A DNA stretch of 64,000 bases, from contig JARFYF010000022.1 of assembly GCA_030265395.1 (NCBI GenBank), positions 30,533,120-30,597,119 of the forward strand, read 5' to 3'. The number at the start of each line of letters is the position of its first letter. Position 1 is the first letter of the stretch. Origin of the DNA: Rhina ancylostomus (Eukaryota). The position numbers were made by a program, and so were the translations under genes. Positions 13,722 to 25,692 of this stretch are shown in pieces. A model generated the notes under the pieces. That model was not told the DNA's origin, ran no database searches, and saw only the letters and a list, made by a program, of their open reading frames with translations.

Positions 13722-13821
13722 NNNNNNNNNNNNNNNNNNNNNNNNNNNNNNNNNNNNNNNNNNNNNNNNNNNNNNNNNNNNNNNNNNNNNNNNNNNNNNN
13801 NNNNNNNNNNNNNNNNNNNNN

Positions 13822-13872
13822 GAGCCCTGTGGGACGTGCTCTCAGGCTTTTGTATATTCTGGACGATGGGGA
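13822..13872 (-). mobile_element. Rex1/Babar 3' fragment, opposite orientation
   Basis: gagccctgtgggacgtgctctcaggcttttgtatattctggacgatggg resembles the reversed Rex1 LPSG.RY.SL..RT segment. Confidence 0.55.
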
Positions 13873-13939
13873 TTACGGGAGAATGACCGTGATGGGTGGG
13901 TGGATGAGAGAGACGGAAACGAGCAGAGAAGTAAGAAAG

Positions 13940-13942
<3 letters not shown>

Positions 13943-13996
<54 letters not shown>

Positions 13997-14032
13997 GACA
14001 CAGAGAGAGAGAGAGAGAGAGAAAAAGAGAAG
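13943..14032. repeat. Compound (GA)n/(GACA)n microsatellite
   Basis: Directly visible. Confidence 0.95.
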
Positions 14033-15989
14033 AGTGAAAGCAGACGATGCCAAAAACAAGAAAAAAAATCACAAGTCTCTCTGTTGAAGTGAGGACACAA
14101 TTAGTGGAGAGAGTGAAAAGGGACTGTGAAAAAGCTCTAAAAGACGGGCCAAAAAATGCCAACAATTGCAAATTAAAATCAGCTAATTTAGCCAGCTACC
14201 GGAAAGGAGATGGACACTGAAGATCATTGCATGCAAATATACAAAAAGGAAGTAAGCATCCATGGCCATTGTTAAGAGCACTGTATCTTATTTTGTGGAC
14301 TGGAGCTCATCGATTAACCATGAAGTCATTGTTGGCAAGAGAAGGCTGGATACTTGAATTGGTACCACTGCCCTTCAAACATCTGGGATGCTTCCACAGA
14401 ATGAGCCAATGTTCCTCCACAAACCTTACATCTTTTTCTAAAAGCAAAAATGGGAGCTTGAACTGGATTCAAGCACACATGCTGCAGAAAGGAAAAAAAG
14501 CCTCACAGCATGCAGCCCAAAGAAAAGCAATTTTGTGCCCTTTTCGTGCACAAATCATAATTAGATTTCTGCTGAGACAAATTGAGAAAATTACCTTGAA
14601 CACTGCTTCGATTAAACAGCTCTGTGCTCAAGACCGAATGGACAATAGTTCATTAGTTACAGCAAGGCTTTCCCCTGCATACGTTCAGTAGAAAAAAACT
14701 GATCTAATTTGACTAAAAATAACAAGAGATAGACATTTGGCCTCACTACTGTTGTTGCTGGAATTAACTGTCAACACCTTGCAGCAAAGAGAGGACCAGA
14801 GAAGATGGAATTTCACTGCCACAGTCTCTTGACACATCACTTGTTCAAACCAAATGCTGGCTGCTCTTCCTCTAACTGGCCAAAGCAGCCTTACATCGTA
14901 ATTAATTCAAAAGCCATGCAGACTACACATTCTATTCTTTGCAGACAGGAGTCTACAATTTATACAGCATACAATTTAAACAACATGAAACAAAATAATA
15001 GACATGGTAAGCAATTACTGACAGAGAATAGTCTGTTAGGTAGACTGAAGGAAAAAAATTAAAGAAAATTAATGGAAAATAATCACAGGGAATGAGTGCA
15101 AGTTTAATTGAAAAAGGCTTCTAAGGGAATTCTAAAATATAACACATATGTTAGGGTGAGCATAGGTGATGGTTCAACATTCTAGCTTAAAGGAAGTCAA
15201 CTCTAGCAAATCACAGGCAGACAGGTCAAGAAAATACCAGCTACTCTGAGATATCAGTCATTGCAAATAAAAGGTAGTGGTGTAAACATACTTAAAGCTG
15301 ATCAAAATTATTGTTACATGGAGATGTGGAGAAAGTGCTTAAAGTTGCAGTATAGGAAAAATGGATGCACAGAACAGTTTATTATAACGTAGATAATGGG
15401 GAGTATAAGCATTACTATGACTTTTGAAACTTCTGTAGGTTTTGGCTGTATTTCCTCTTGTAGATATTGGTTGACTTTGAACATTTTATTCACTTGAATT
15501 TTTAAATATAAGTGCAATAGGAAATTGCAGATGAATTTCCCATAACTTTAGTTGCATCATGCCTCTTTAACACTGAGTCAATGTGGTTGTTATGCTTTTA
15601 GATATTTAGCCAACCAAACTTCTAATATGCAGTGTAAAGAATATTCTGAAAATGTGTGATCTCTCCTTATGAACCAGAGCATAACTTCATTTGAGCGTTA
15701 GCTGGGAGTATAGTCCAAGTATCCAAAAGAAACCCATACTGTTGCAATTAACTAGTTGAATTGACCTAATGTTATCAGTCTTAAAATCTTTACTCAGTAG
15801 AAGAACTTTCCATTAGACAGTATGAATTGGGATATAAACTATTTCAAATAGCAGTGGAAAATCAATACAGTGAATTTCATATTATTATAGAATATGACAT
15901 AGCTCTTTAAATACAATAAATTATAAAGGAACACAATAAATTATAAGATGTAATGCAATTTACTAACTTCTTGGTAACCATCAATAACA

Positions 15990-16850
15990 TAGCTTAGAGC
16001 TTTTGTCCACCAGATTTGAGTGCCAGCCTTTATCATCATGGGTTTAGGAGAGCTGATGAACCAGGAGAAGGCCATCACATTTATCTTCAGACTCAGCTGC
16101 TCCAGCTACAGAACTGTCCATCAAGTGGATTTGAAAGAATGTTAGACCTCTCCTTCAAAAAGCTCTCATCTTTCATCTTTTTTTTACTGTGAAGATCAGA
16201 TCGAGACAATGGAGATCAAAAAGGTGTTTTTTGCACAAGCAAGTCCAGCTGTCTCTCACTGTACAGCTTAGAGACATAGGGATGAACTTGCAGTGCCTGT
16301 CTCCATCAAACAAGATGATAAACTGATGAATGACCAGATTCAATAAATCCATGCAGGAGATCCTTCTAGTAAGATCAATGCTAATGCCATGCAATTAAAA
16401 AGTATTAACATATTAAAGCTAATGAGTCTGATCACCAGAATCCACAAGTCAGTGTACCCACAATGTAACTTTGAGTCATGGGAAAAAGCTGTGAGTTCTT
16501 CTCCAGCTCAGAGACCCTAAGCTTGCTGTAAAATAAATTTAAAATGTCCAGCCAGATTTCATAAGAAGATATTAAAAATGAAAGGCTTTTCTTATGATCT
16601 CAAAAGCCCGGAACTCTCTCTCCGTCACTATATCAAACGACAAGCCCATGGTCAGAACTTGGAATACTCAGTTATCTGCTGCAATGATCTTTGTCAAGCA
16701 GTATAAAATTGATGCTCCATGCTAAATACTTCTTTTGTTCACTTAAATAGATTAGATATTTAAAGGAATTTGTTGAAGCACAAGAAAATCTGAGCTAAAT
16801 CAGAGAGTGTCCATCATGATACTTGTAAGAGTCCACAGCCGTTTTCATAG
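15990..16850 (+). mobile_element. Possible DIRS-type tyrosine recombinase fossil
   Basis: Stop-interrupted frames LSLTVQLRDIGMNLQCL, RDPKLAVK and FLMISKARNSLSVTIS...W.TQLSAAMIFVKQYK loosely parallel DIRS YR motifs in the right order. Confidence 0.3.
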
Positions 16851-18964
16851 TTTTATTGAAATCACTTAAACCAACATAAATTTTCAAATATAACTATTCA
16901 AAACATTACAGCTGGGAAAATTAGGTTCAGAATATTCAGAATAACTATTTAAACCCTATTATTCTCAACAGGTCCAATTTATTTCATTAAATACAAATGC
17001 TGTCGTTGTATTCTTCAAACCTTGTTTCATTAAAGTGCATCTCTTGGCACCTAATCCTATTTATATCACTTGTTTTAAAGGCCTATCATTTAAAGTTATG
17101 ATTCTAATTACAATTATTAAATTAAAAGGAGCTCTTCTTTCTCCCAACTTCCTCGATGATACCTTCTGGCCTTAGTATGTGAACCATTTGTGACAGTATA
17201 CGACTTAATCCACATAAATTTTCTTAATGCTTGCCAGCTAGAATACAATTGTTATGCTCCCAATAGAAATTGTGGTATCCCACATTTTATTTTTGAATGA
17301 TCATATGATGTGATGTAAAAATAGGCTGTAACAATGACCGGATAAGTGTCTCACAAAATTGGCCCCGGTATGGAAAGACATGGAGAATTCACAGAGGGCA
17401 GCCAAAGAATCAAAGCCATGCTTCTTAACGCATGCTCCAACAATTCTACAATATAATAAAATAAAAACCATGTGCACTATTCACTGATGGAATTATACCA
17501 ATGATGCTGAAACATTCAAGAAAATTTATGTATCAACATTAAAGCAATAATATAGTAGATATCAATTTCACCTTAATTCAGGGCCCTAAAAAAACTTGCA
17601 TTACAATATTTAAACCTTTTCTTTGAATGGAAGAACGTGGATAGACATTTGGAGCTTTTCAACAGGTGAAGAATCAAACATGAACAGGCTCTTAGAGTCG
17701 ATCCACTCAACACATTAAAAGCACTTCCTTTCTAAGATTGTTTTTCAGCTGCCACTAAACTGAGTTACCTGGAGTTTCCATGACTATCTGGAATTTGAAA
17801 CTTAAACCAAATCTTAAAACTGTTTTCAAGTGAAACTTCATTTTCTGTTTATATTTTTGCTTTATGGTATTGAGGTTTTATTTGTAATGTTAATGTGCTT
17901 TTATCCTGTCTCTCTGTCCTATGTCTATCCCTTCGAACTTTAAACTAATGTCCTTAAAAGTGCAGCAAAATAATGTTTGAAAACTGGATGAATATCATTG
18001 TAATATCTTTTTTTCATGCCACAAACAATGTGCTAATATCCTTCATAATTTTCAGTTCAGAAATAATACTGCGAGTTATGAAAGGTTAAGATCTCATGCT
18101 GATTTAAATAAAGTTATATATCAATATTGAATATATAGTTGAAGTTGACTAAAAGAAAAGGAAGTAATATCCATAAATATTCACAAATCGTTTCTTATTG
18201 TAAACAGCTTCAAGTGAATCTCATTCTGAACCTGAATACCTGTGATCAGCTGTAATATGAGTTGTGTCAGCAGAGTGCATTATTCCCTTGTCTCTCTCTG
18301 CTTCTCTCTTGCTCTCTCTATCTGGGCTCAAGCATGCTTAAATAGCTATTGTAAACAGTGAAAGGCAAATAGCTTGTGAAGGCCGGGCAAATATTTGGAA
18401 AGCAAAAGAGATTCTGTGTCTATCTCCTGATCAGCCTCCCCCTTAGCTTTTGCAATGAAGGTTTTCCAGAACACCATGGCAGATGTGCCCTTTCACAGCC
18501 TGGGGAATGTGCAACCAATCTACAAACAATAGCTGGGGGCTAACAAAGGTCATCTTTCGCAATCCATCAGTTAAGAGGTAACACAACAGAAGAATGATCA
18601 TAAAACAATGCAGCAAATTTGAACCTCACTCAAGGCTGCATGAAGAACCCAGAGAGGAGATCATTTATTAAAATAATGCTCAGTAATCTCCTAATTGGAT
18701 TCAGAAGCAGACATCAATAAAGAAGAAAAAGCTTGCATGGTAGTTTTGCCTTATCAAGTTTGCACTATTTAACTTTTGCATTATAACCACACAAATTGAA
18801 AGAAAAAAAAACTTTAATTAGTTTAAAAGGCTTGGCTTAATTCAATAAGGATTTATAAAAACAATTTAATTATTGACTGAGTGTTAATTCCCATGATAGG
18901 AACGCAGTAATAGTTAATACCTTGCGTTGTACTGATATCAACAATTGGGAATGTCCAAAAAACA

Positions 18965-19530
18965 TTCAAAATGCTCCTAGATCCAGGGTGGTTTACTGAT
19001 TTTAGCTGGGAAAGCAGGAATATAAGAACATAAACAAACTATGTGTAGGCGGATGAGATTAGTTTAGATTGACATCATGGTTGGCACAAACATGGTGGTC
19101 AAAGGGTCTGTTCCTGCGCTGTACAGTTCTACATTCTATGTAAGAGATAGGAGCAGGAATATGCCATTAATCCTGTCTACATTGGTCCTGCATTCAACAT
19201 GATCATGCTTATCCTTCTACATTAAATACCACTTTCCTGCCCAATCCTTTTATTCCCAGAAATCTATCAATCTCTGTTCTGTATGCAGTTAATAACTGAG
19301 CTTCCACTGCCTATGGACTTGAGTATTCCAAAGATTCACCACTCTCCAAGTGAAGAGATTTTTCTTCATGTCAGTCATAGAGGACGGAGGGAAAGACAAA
19401 GGAAAAAAGAAAAAGAATACAATTGTGTTTCTCAGTCCTGATTACTAACTAACAATTCTTTCTGATAAATGTTTTGGATGGATGTCAGACATGAATAGAA
19501 CTGGGCCAGTCTGGTGGCATCACTGTCAAG
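18965..19530. mobile_element. Nested cluster: family-A SINE split by CR1(-), itself split by a CR1(+) tail
   Basis: SINE head at about 18965-19020, aagaacataa at about 19024, a plus-strand CR1 tail ending ctgtacagttctacattctatg at 19140, minus CR1 resuming taagagataggagcagg to about 19375, then the SINE resumes at about 19380-19530. Confidence 0.55.
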
Positions 19531-20559
19531 CAAGCCTGAATTTGCAAGCACTGGAGTATAATGGAATCACAGTCAACTGAGAGGAGGAGAAATTTCCTTT
19601 GTGCACATCCTGGTAAGGAATGTTAATACTAAGGTATGATAGTCTTCTGTTTTTTAGACATCCATTGTAAGTATCAGGCATTCCTAGAGAAGCAAACAAA
19701 TTTTCAATATAATCCTTCCATTCAGTGCTAAGTTGTTTGCTTGCAAAAACCATCTTGTTGCCATAGTTTTACTTTGCAGATATTAGAAAATAATTAAACT
19801 TAATTTAGATAGTTGAACAATATTTGGTATAATTCAACATATTTTAGCTAGATGTCTTGCAATTTATTGGGCATATCACACATGTAGCTAAAAAGGTCGT
19901 TTGGTACAAGACAACTTTCATTATATAGTAACTAAGTTTGATACGTATTCTCATTTTGAAATAATGACATCATTCAATATGCCCACAATACGAAACTCTC
20001 TCACAGAAAGTGTTACTACTAATAGATTAAAGGATGTTTGACATTTCAACAGGGTTTTCAGATGTTAGCCATTAAATAAGAACATTTAACGGCCTTTGGT
20101 TACCACTCAATTGTAGATTAAACTAAGGAAGAGGTACCCCATCAGAGATATTTCCTATGTATTATATTCCTTACTGAACACTGTCGACAAATTCTTAAAT
20201 TCCAAGGATCTCCTCTAAATTTCCAGCTGTTCCTCACTGGGTATCATGCTGTAAGTCCTTGGCTTTCTGTATCCCACTGATGCCTTTGATTATCATCTAC
20301 TGCTCCAAAGTTCCCATTACATATCCTGCACATGCCCCATTATTCCCCATCTATACTTATTTTTTGAATATTCTCAGCATTTTCACTATTCCACCTGGGT
20401 AATAGTTTACATAATTTGCTGCTTCCACATATGTGCACTACATGTCCAACTGTTTACTCTAAACTAGAAGTGTATATGTGTTCTATCGAATCCTGCATCG
20501 TTCCCCATCATGCATCTTCCATTTGCTTCAGTATTCATGGATAAAGATCGTCAATTTCT

Positions 20560-21280
20560 TCCAAGACATTTTTTTCAATGATTAACAGGTGGGCAAAGTT
20601 ATTTAGTTAGAACTGAATACAAAAGAATCTGTGAAGTCATCAACTTTAGATCTGAAAAAGACATCAAAGAATTTGCTTAATGGTGGGAGAATATAAACTG
20701 CGTAGCAATAGGATTTGGCCATCCATGTTTACAAATTACTAAAAGATAGTGCATAAGTACAAAACTGTAATTACCTCAAGGAAGATAGAACACAAAAGTA
20801 AGGAAGTAATGCTTCAGATATACAGTACCTTGATCAGCCCCTATCTAGGATGCAGCATTCAAATGTGGGCACTGAACCTTGGGATGGAAATCCTGACATA
20901 AAGGTACAACAACAGAATGGGTCCAAGACAAAAGGTTTAAATTCTGGGGAAAATGTGTACTACTCTGGCCTATATTCCAAGTTTTGGGGCATAGGGGTGA
21001 TCTAACAGAGGTGCTTAAATAATAAAGGAATTTGTTAAGTTAATACAAAACAATTGCTTTCTTTGACGTGGAGGTGATGGTAATGGGTAGTGGGGGGGGG
21101 GGAAGTGGTTTGTGTTGTTGGAGGGTATGGTGGGATGTGGTGAAGATAAGAAAAAGGGCAAATCATAAAAATCAAAGCTAGGCCATAAAAGAGTAAGATG
21201 TAGAAATGTTTGCCCAGAAATTTATCTGTGATGGGTAGAGGCAAAAGCATTGTGGCACTGAACTCTGCCACTGACAATCA
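20560..21280 (+). mobile_element. Decayed CR1 ORF2 3' region
   Basis: gtgaagtcatcaactttag (C.V.HFG), gcttcagatatacagtaccttgatcagcccctatctag (LQLY..LVRP.L) and ggggtgatctaacagaggtg (RGDL.EV). Confidence 0.7.
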
Positions 21281-21929
21281 TTCAATTGAAGTCAACGCAA
21301 CTACATTTTTTGTCTCTGTCTCTCACATAAGTACACCGTTAACATCCTAGTTTGTTCATATTCATTGTTCAAATTCATGTCAAGTATTCTGGAATATTTT
21401 AAAGCTGCTAATAAATTTCCCATGACCTGAAGGATGTGGTAAACCATATTTGGTCATTTTTGCAGTAACCAGCTAAATTGATAATAACACCACCAATCAT
21501 CCAATTGGCAGATGCTATGATTTCCATTAAAGGAGATCAAAGTTAACATTACTATTGCTCTTTAGGAATTAACTATGACATTAATATTTCTAAAACATGA
21601 CACTATGAATATTCATGGAAACAATAAGTCTTAAGAACTGTGTACATTGAAATACACATACTGAAATACTAATGTCTAATAATCACCTGGCATCTCTAAT
21701 ATCACAGTCATTTTGTGACATACTAAAGAGGATCTAGTTTACAGGCCCACCACTGGAACTTTCTATAGTGAATGACACAAGGTGTCATACACTAATGAAC
21801 AGGCTTTATACACACGTCTTTTCTTTCACACACTCCTCCATCATAATGCACCTGAAGTAAATCAGCTTAGTCTAGCGCCAGGACCAAGGGAAAGTTAGGA
21901 TAGATCAAGTTAGTAGATTGAAGGATAAA

Positions 21930-22314
21930 GGAAGTGAGTTAGGCAAGGGTCACACTGGTATGGTGGTGGCTTCTGGTGGGGGTGGGATTACCAAAGAAGA
22001 ACCAGATAAGGACATACCTAAGTAAGGACTATCCAAGTAGAAATCCACCCTGGTATCTGCTCAGGCTATGAAAACCCTTTCCCTGCCTCTCCATGAGTAG
22101 CCCATTGATGTCACAGGTCATACACAGGATCCAGGCATGCATTAAACACCTCTGAGTATGATCATTCTTCCCAGAAGCAGAGGACCCAAAACAAAATCCC
22201 TCGACTTTTTGAAATTCTCATAAAGTCCCTGATCTTAAATAAATTTCTATTTTTGTTGAGTTTGGATCACATAATGGACAGAAATGTAGTGTTAAATGGC
22301 CCAATTTCTAGGCC
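21930..22314 (-). mobile_element. Highly decayed PIF/Harbinger transposon fragment
   Basis: Minus strand gives KGFHSL (about 22060-22080) then RYQG (about 22050), compare NRKGFHSLN and ARYPGS. A TIR-like caatttctaggcc ends at 22314 and is followed by TAA. Confidence 0.45.
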
Positions 22315-22767
22315 TAATTTCTGTTTCAAAAAGATGAAGGAGTGTTCTTGAAGTTGAAACCCAAAATAAGATGTGCAAATCCAAATCATCAAAGATTCAG
22401 TCCTTGTTTCCTGCAAAGTTAGTTAATCCAAGCTGGATAAATGGTAAGAGTAGACCTCAGGCCAAAGGCGAGAAGAAGAGCCAGTGCCTGATGTTTCAAT
22501 ACCATTAGTGGTTCTAACTCTTCAGGATCCCAAAGATCATCCAATGCCCTTTGCTGCATAAATTCTTTATTTCACATCTTTTACATCTCAAAATCTGTCT
22601 GGGTTTTGAAGTGTGAAATGTATAGGAACAGTTGTCACACTCTGCTATTTGACTGACTTTGCAAAATCCTTAGTTCAAGTCAGGAGGAAAATAAGCAAGG
22701 TATGGAATGCAAGAGTTTACAAGCAACATAAGAAAAAGATGTCATATTTCACCATACCAATTGCTGG

Positions 22768-22970
22768 ACATGCTGGAAATGCTCAACAGGTCAGGTACCA
22801 TCCATGGAGAGAGAAATAGAATTAGTACTTCAAGCCAATTGACTCTGTTCTGATGGAAGTCTGCAAAGTCAATATTGATTTCCTCTCCAAATTAGCTGCC
22901 TGGACTCCTGAGTATTTACAGCATTTTCTATTTTATTTCTGATTTCCAGCATCTACTATACTTTGCTTTT
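22768..22970. mobile_element. Palindromic Penelope-type repeat
   Basis: Left arm atgctggaaatgctcaacaggtcagg, right arm gctgcctggactcctgagtatttacagcattttct...ttccagcatct. Confidence 0.6.
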
Positions 22971-24289
22971 GTATGTGCATATTACTGCCAGCAGCAAAAT
23001 AACAATTAGCTGCCATTTAATACATAACTGTCTCACCTAAATAAATTATTTGAGTGTTATCTAAGAGCCAAGAATATTAACAGCAAAATAATGCAATATT
23101 CAGAAGCTAATTACCGTAAGCTACTTCTCAGTATTTTAAAATGCAGGTATTTTCTGAACAACAACCAATTACTTTATTGTCTTTTAAATTTGGTATTGAG
23201 GTTGGGGTGTCTCTAAATTCTGAACACAAGTCATGATATACTTCACTAACCTGAGTGAAATATAACTATTGGTGCTCAAAGGCCCATTCCTCATCTCAGG
23301 GGAAAGGGGAGGCCTTTGGAGAAGAGAAAATCCATACATGTCATGGTTTTCTGAACAACGGCTAACTCTTAAGGCAGATAGAGTCTCATTATATAATGTT
23401 GTGCTGCATGTTAATACTTAGATCATAGAAATGCCATCACTTCCCAGGAAACAAAAGTTAATAAAGTTATTTAAAGTCTTCTTCTTCTCTCCCAGTGAAG
23501 GACATTAGTGTAGGACACTGTCACATGCAGCAGCTGTTTATTATATTGCCAATGCAGAAGTCATTTGGATTTTACAGAGAACCATTGTGTTTTCACCACA
23601 CACCAGTTTATTCCAGGGCAGCTTGCAGCTGGCTAGGAGAATAAAGAATTGAGCAACAGTTATATATGAGCAGCAGGCAAGGCAGCCAGCTCTCGTAAAA
23701 GCAGGAACCATTGCAGCATCTCAGAACCTCTTTCAAAAATCTAAGAGTTTTCACTCTCAGTCTGTCTGTTTAAAATGAACAAAGCAAAATTCCTATACAA
23801 TGCTTTAAAAAAATACTTCAATGATTCAAGCCTCGGAAAAACGATCTGTCCATCAACACATTTTGTAGTTTTGCCAGCACTACTGTGTGATCATTTATTC
23901 ATTTAAAAATATTATTGTCTTTCCACATCTTTCTTCTTCTCTATTATAGATTGAATTTTTTTTATTTTGTCATTTCTTAATACATTCTGACTTCACACCA
24001 TTATTATATGCATTCTTGTAATTATCTGTTTAGGACTGAACTATATTTTGAAACACTGTGAATGCCACTTGTGGTCCACGTAAAATTAAATGTTTAAAAA
24101 CACATCTAAACCCAGATGTATAGCTAACATATTGTCTGTTACACCTAGTAGACCCCGCTGCCGGACCGATAATGACAACACTTTGTTCTAATCAAATCGC
24201 AGCAAAATCATGCAGGTTTTCCTCCTTGCACCTATTCTTATTAATACATAGTAGAACAGTAAATATCAAATTCTCAGTTTAGCTTTCAG

Positions 24290-24720
24290 GAGTCAGCCAT
24301 GTATCAGCTGGTAGCAGTTCTTCAGAGATCTGTGGGATCAAATTCCACTCCATAGATTTGAATATAAAAATATAAGTTGGCATCACACTGCAGTAATGAG
24401 GAAGTGCTATTTTGTTGGAGGTGCTTTAAAATGAGTTGTTAACCCGAGGTACCAGTCACTTATTTAGGTGCATATGAAGATTATGCGGCATTATTTTAAA
24501 GGAGTGACTTGGTCAATAGTAACCTTTCGATTGATACTTTCAAAACAGATAATCTGGTTATTATTATATCTTTGCTTGTGGAAGTTTGTTGTATGCAGAT
24601 TAATGACTATTTTTTAAAAATATTACAACTGTGACCATTTTTCAAAAGTATCTCATTTGCTGTTAAGTGCTTTACCACATCCTGGAAAAAGAATATGAAG
24701 TCCACAATACAGAAACAACC
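24290..24720 (+). mobile_element. Deu-domain SINE, near full length
   Basis: tRNA-like head (gtatcagctggtagc...gggatcaaattcc), core gcagtaatgaggaagtgc...ggaggtgc...gttaacccgagg, tail ctgttaagtgcttt. Confidence 0.7.
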
Positions 24721-25289
24721 TTTTACCTTTTCAGTCTTTACTCATCCCTGTAATTATGGCAAGGAATTTTGGTGGGTAGTTCCAGTGAAACAAAGGTACA
24801 ACGGTTATTTTTAATTTGCACACCTTCTAACTTATCAACTGACAAAGTGATCTCAATATTTCTTAGCACTTCAGTTACCCTGATAGATTGATCACATGCT
24901 AAAGACCAGACTCCTAAATGACATACACAGGAATGGTGATTCATGTTGGTTCGCTATTCATAGCACATACTTGCTTATTATGGCACATAGTCCCACAGTA
25001 ACCATTAGAGATATTGGAAGTTCATTAACATTATAAACTTTTGTCAGGTGTGCAATAGTAACCCACCTGAAAAGGAAAATCCATTTCACTTTACCTATCA
25101 GATCCATAGATGCAACACTGACGGTAACACCTGCATTAGTTTGTAATACAGTGTTACCCTGATGAAGAAGCAAAATCATTTTTATATCCATGTAATCCTT
25201 TGACAAACTATATTTGGCTTAGAATTTTAAAAGTAACTTGCTTATCTCCTGAACGAAACGTAATTGGGGAGAAAATGCAAAAGGCAAAA

Positions 25290-25692
25290 TAACTTGTATT
25301 TATAAAACTCAGGTCAATTTCACCCTAGTTAACAGCAAATGAGTCCTTTTGAGGGTGGTCACTATTGTAAGATGTGACAGCCAATTTATCTGTAGCCTCT
25401 AAGAACAGAAAGACAAAAATGACCAGATTATTTGTTTTAATAATGTTTACTGAGGAATAAATATTGGCTAGAATACCTGGGGATATAGTTCCTCTGATCT
25501 TTATATTATTGCCACCAGAGCCTTGGTTTAATATCTTATCTGAAGGATGGCACCTCTGACAATGCAGAGCTCCCTCATAAGTGCATTGAGTGTCACAGCA
25601 GTTTTTTTTAAATTTTAGCACTTGTAGTAGCACTTAATCCTGAAACCTTCCACAGAGAAACAAGAATGCTTCCAATTGTCACAGCTGACTCC
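25290..25692 (-). mobile_element. Deu-domain SINE
   Basis: Reversed core ccttggtttaatatcttatctgaaggatggcacctctgacaatgcagagctccctca. Confidence 0.75.

Noticed and set aside
13601-14171. ORFs with ERERER / SLSLSL runs
   Set aside because: They are translations of the GA/GACA microsatellite plus a Rex1 fragment and a gap.
25123-25158. Hairpin ggtaacac...gtgttacc with a miR-200-like taacactg word on the minus strand
   Set aside because: The stem-loop is only about 36 nt and no full mature miRNA match is present.
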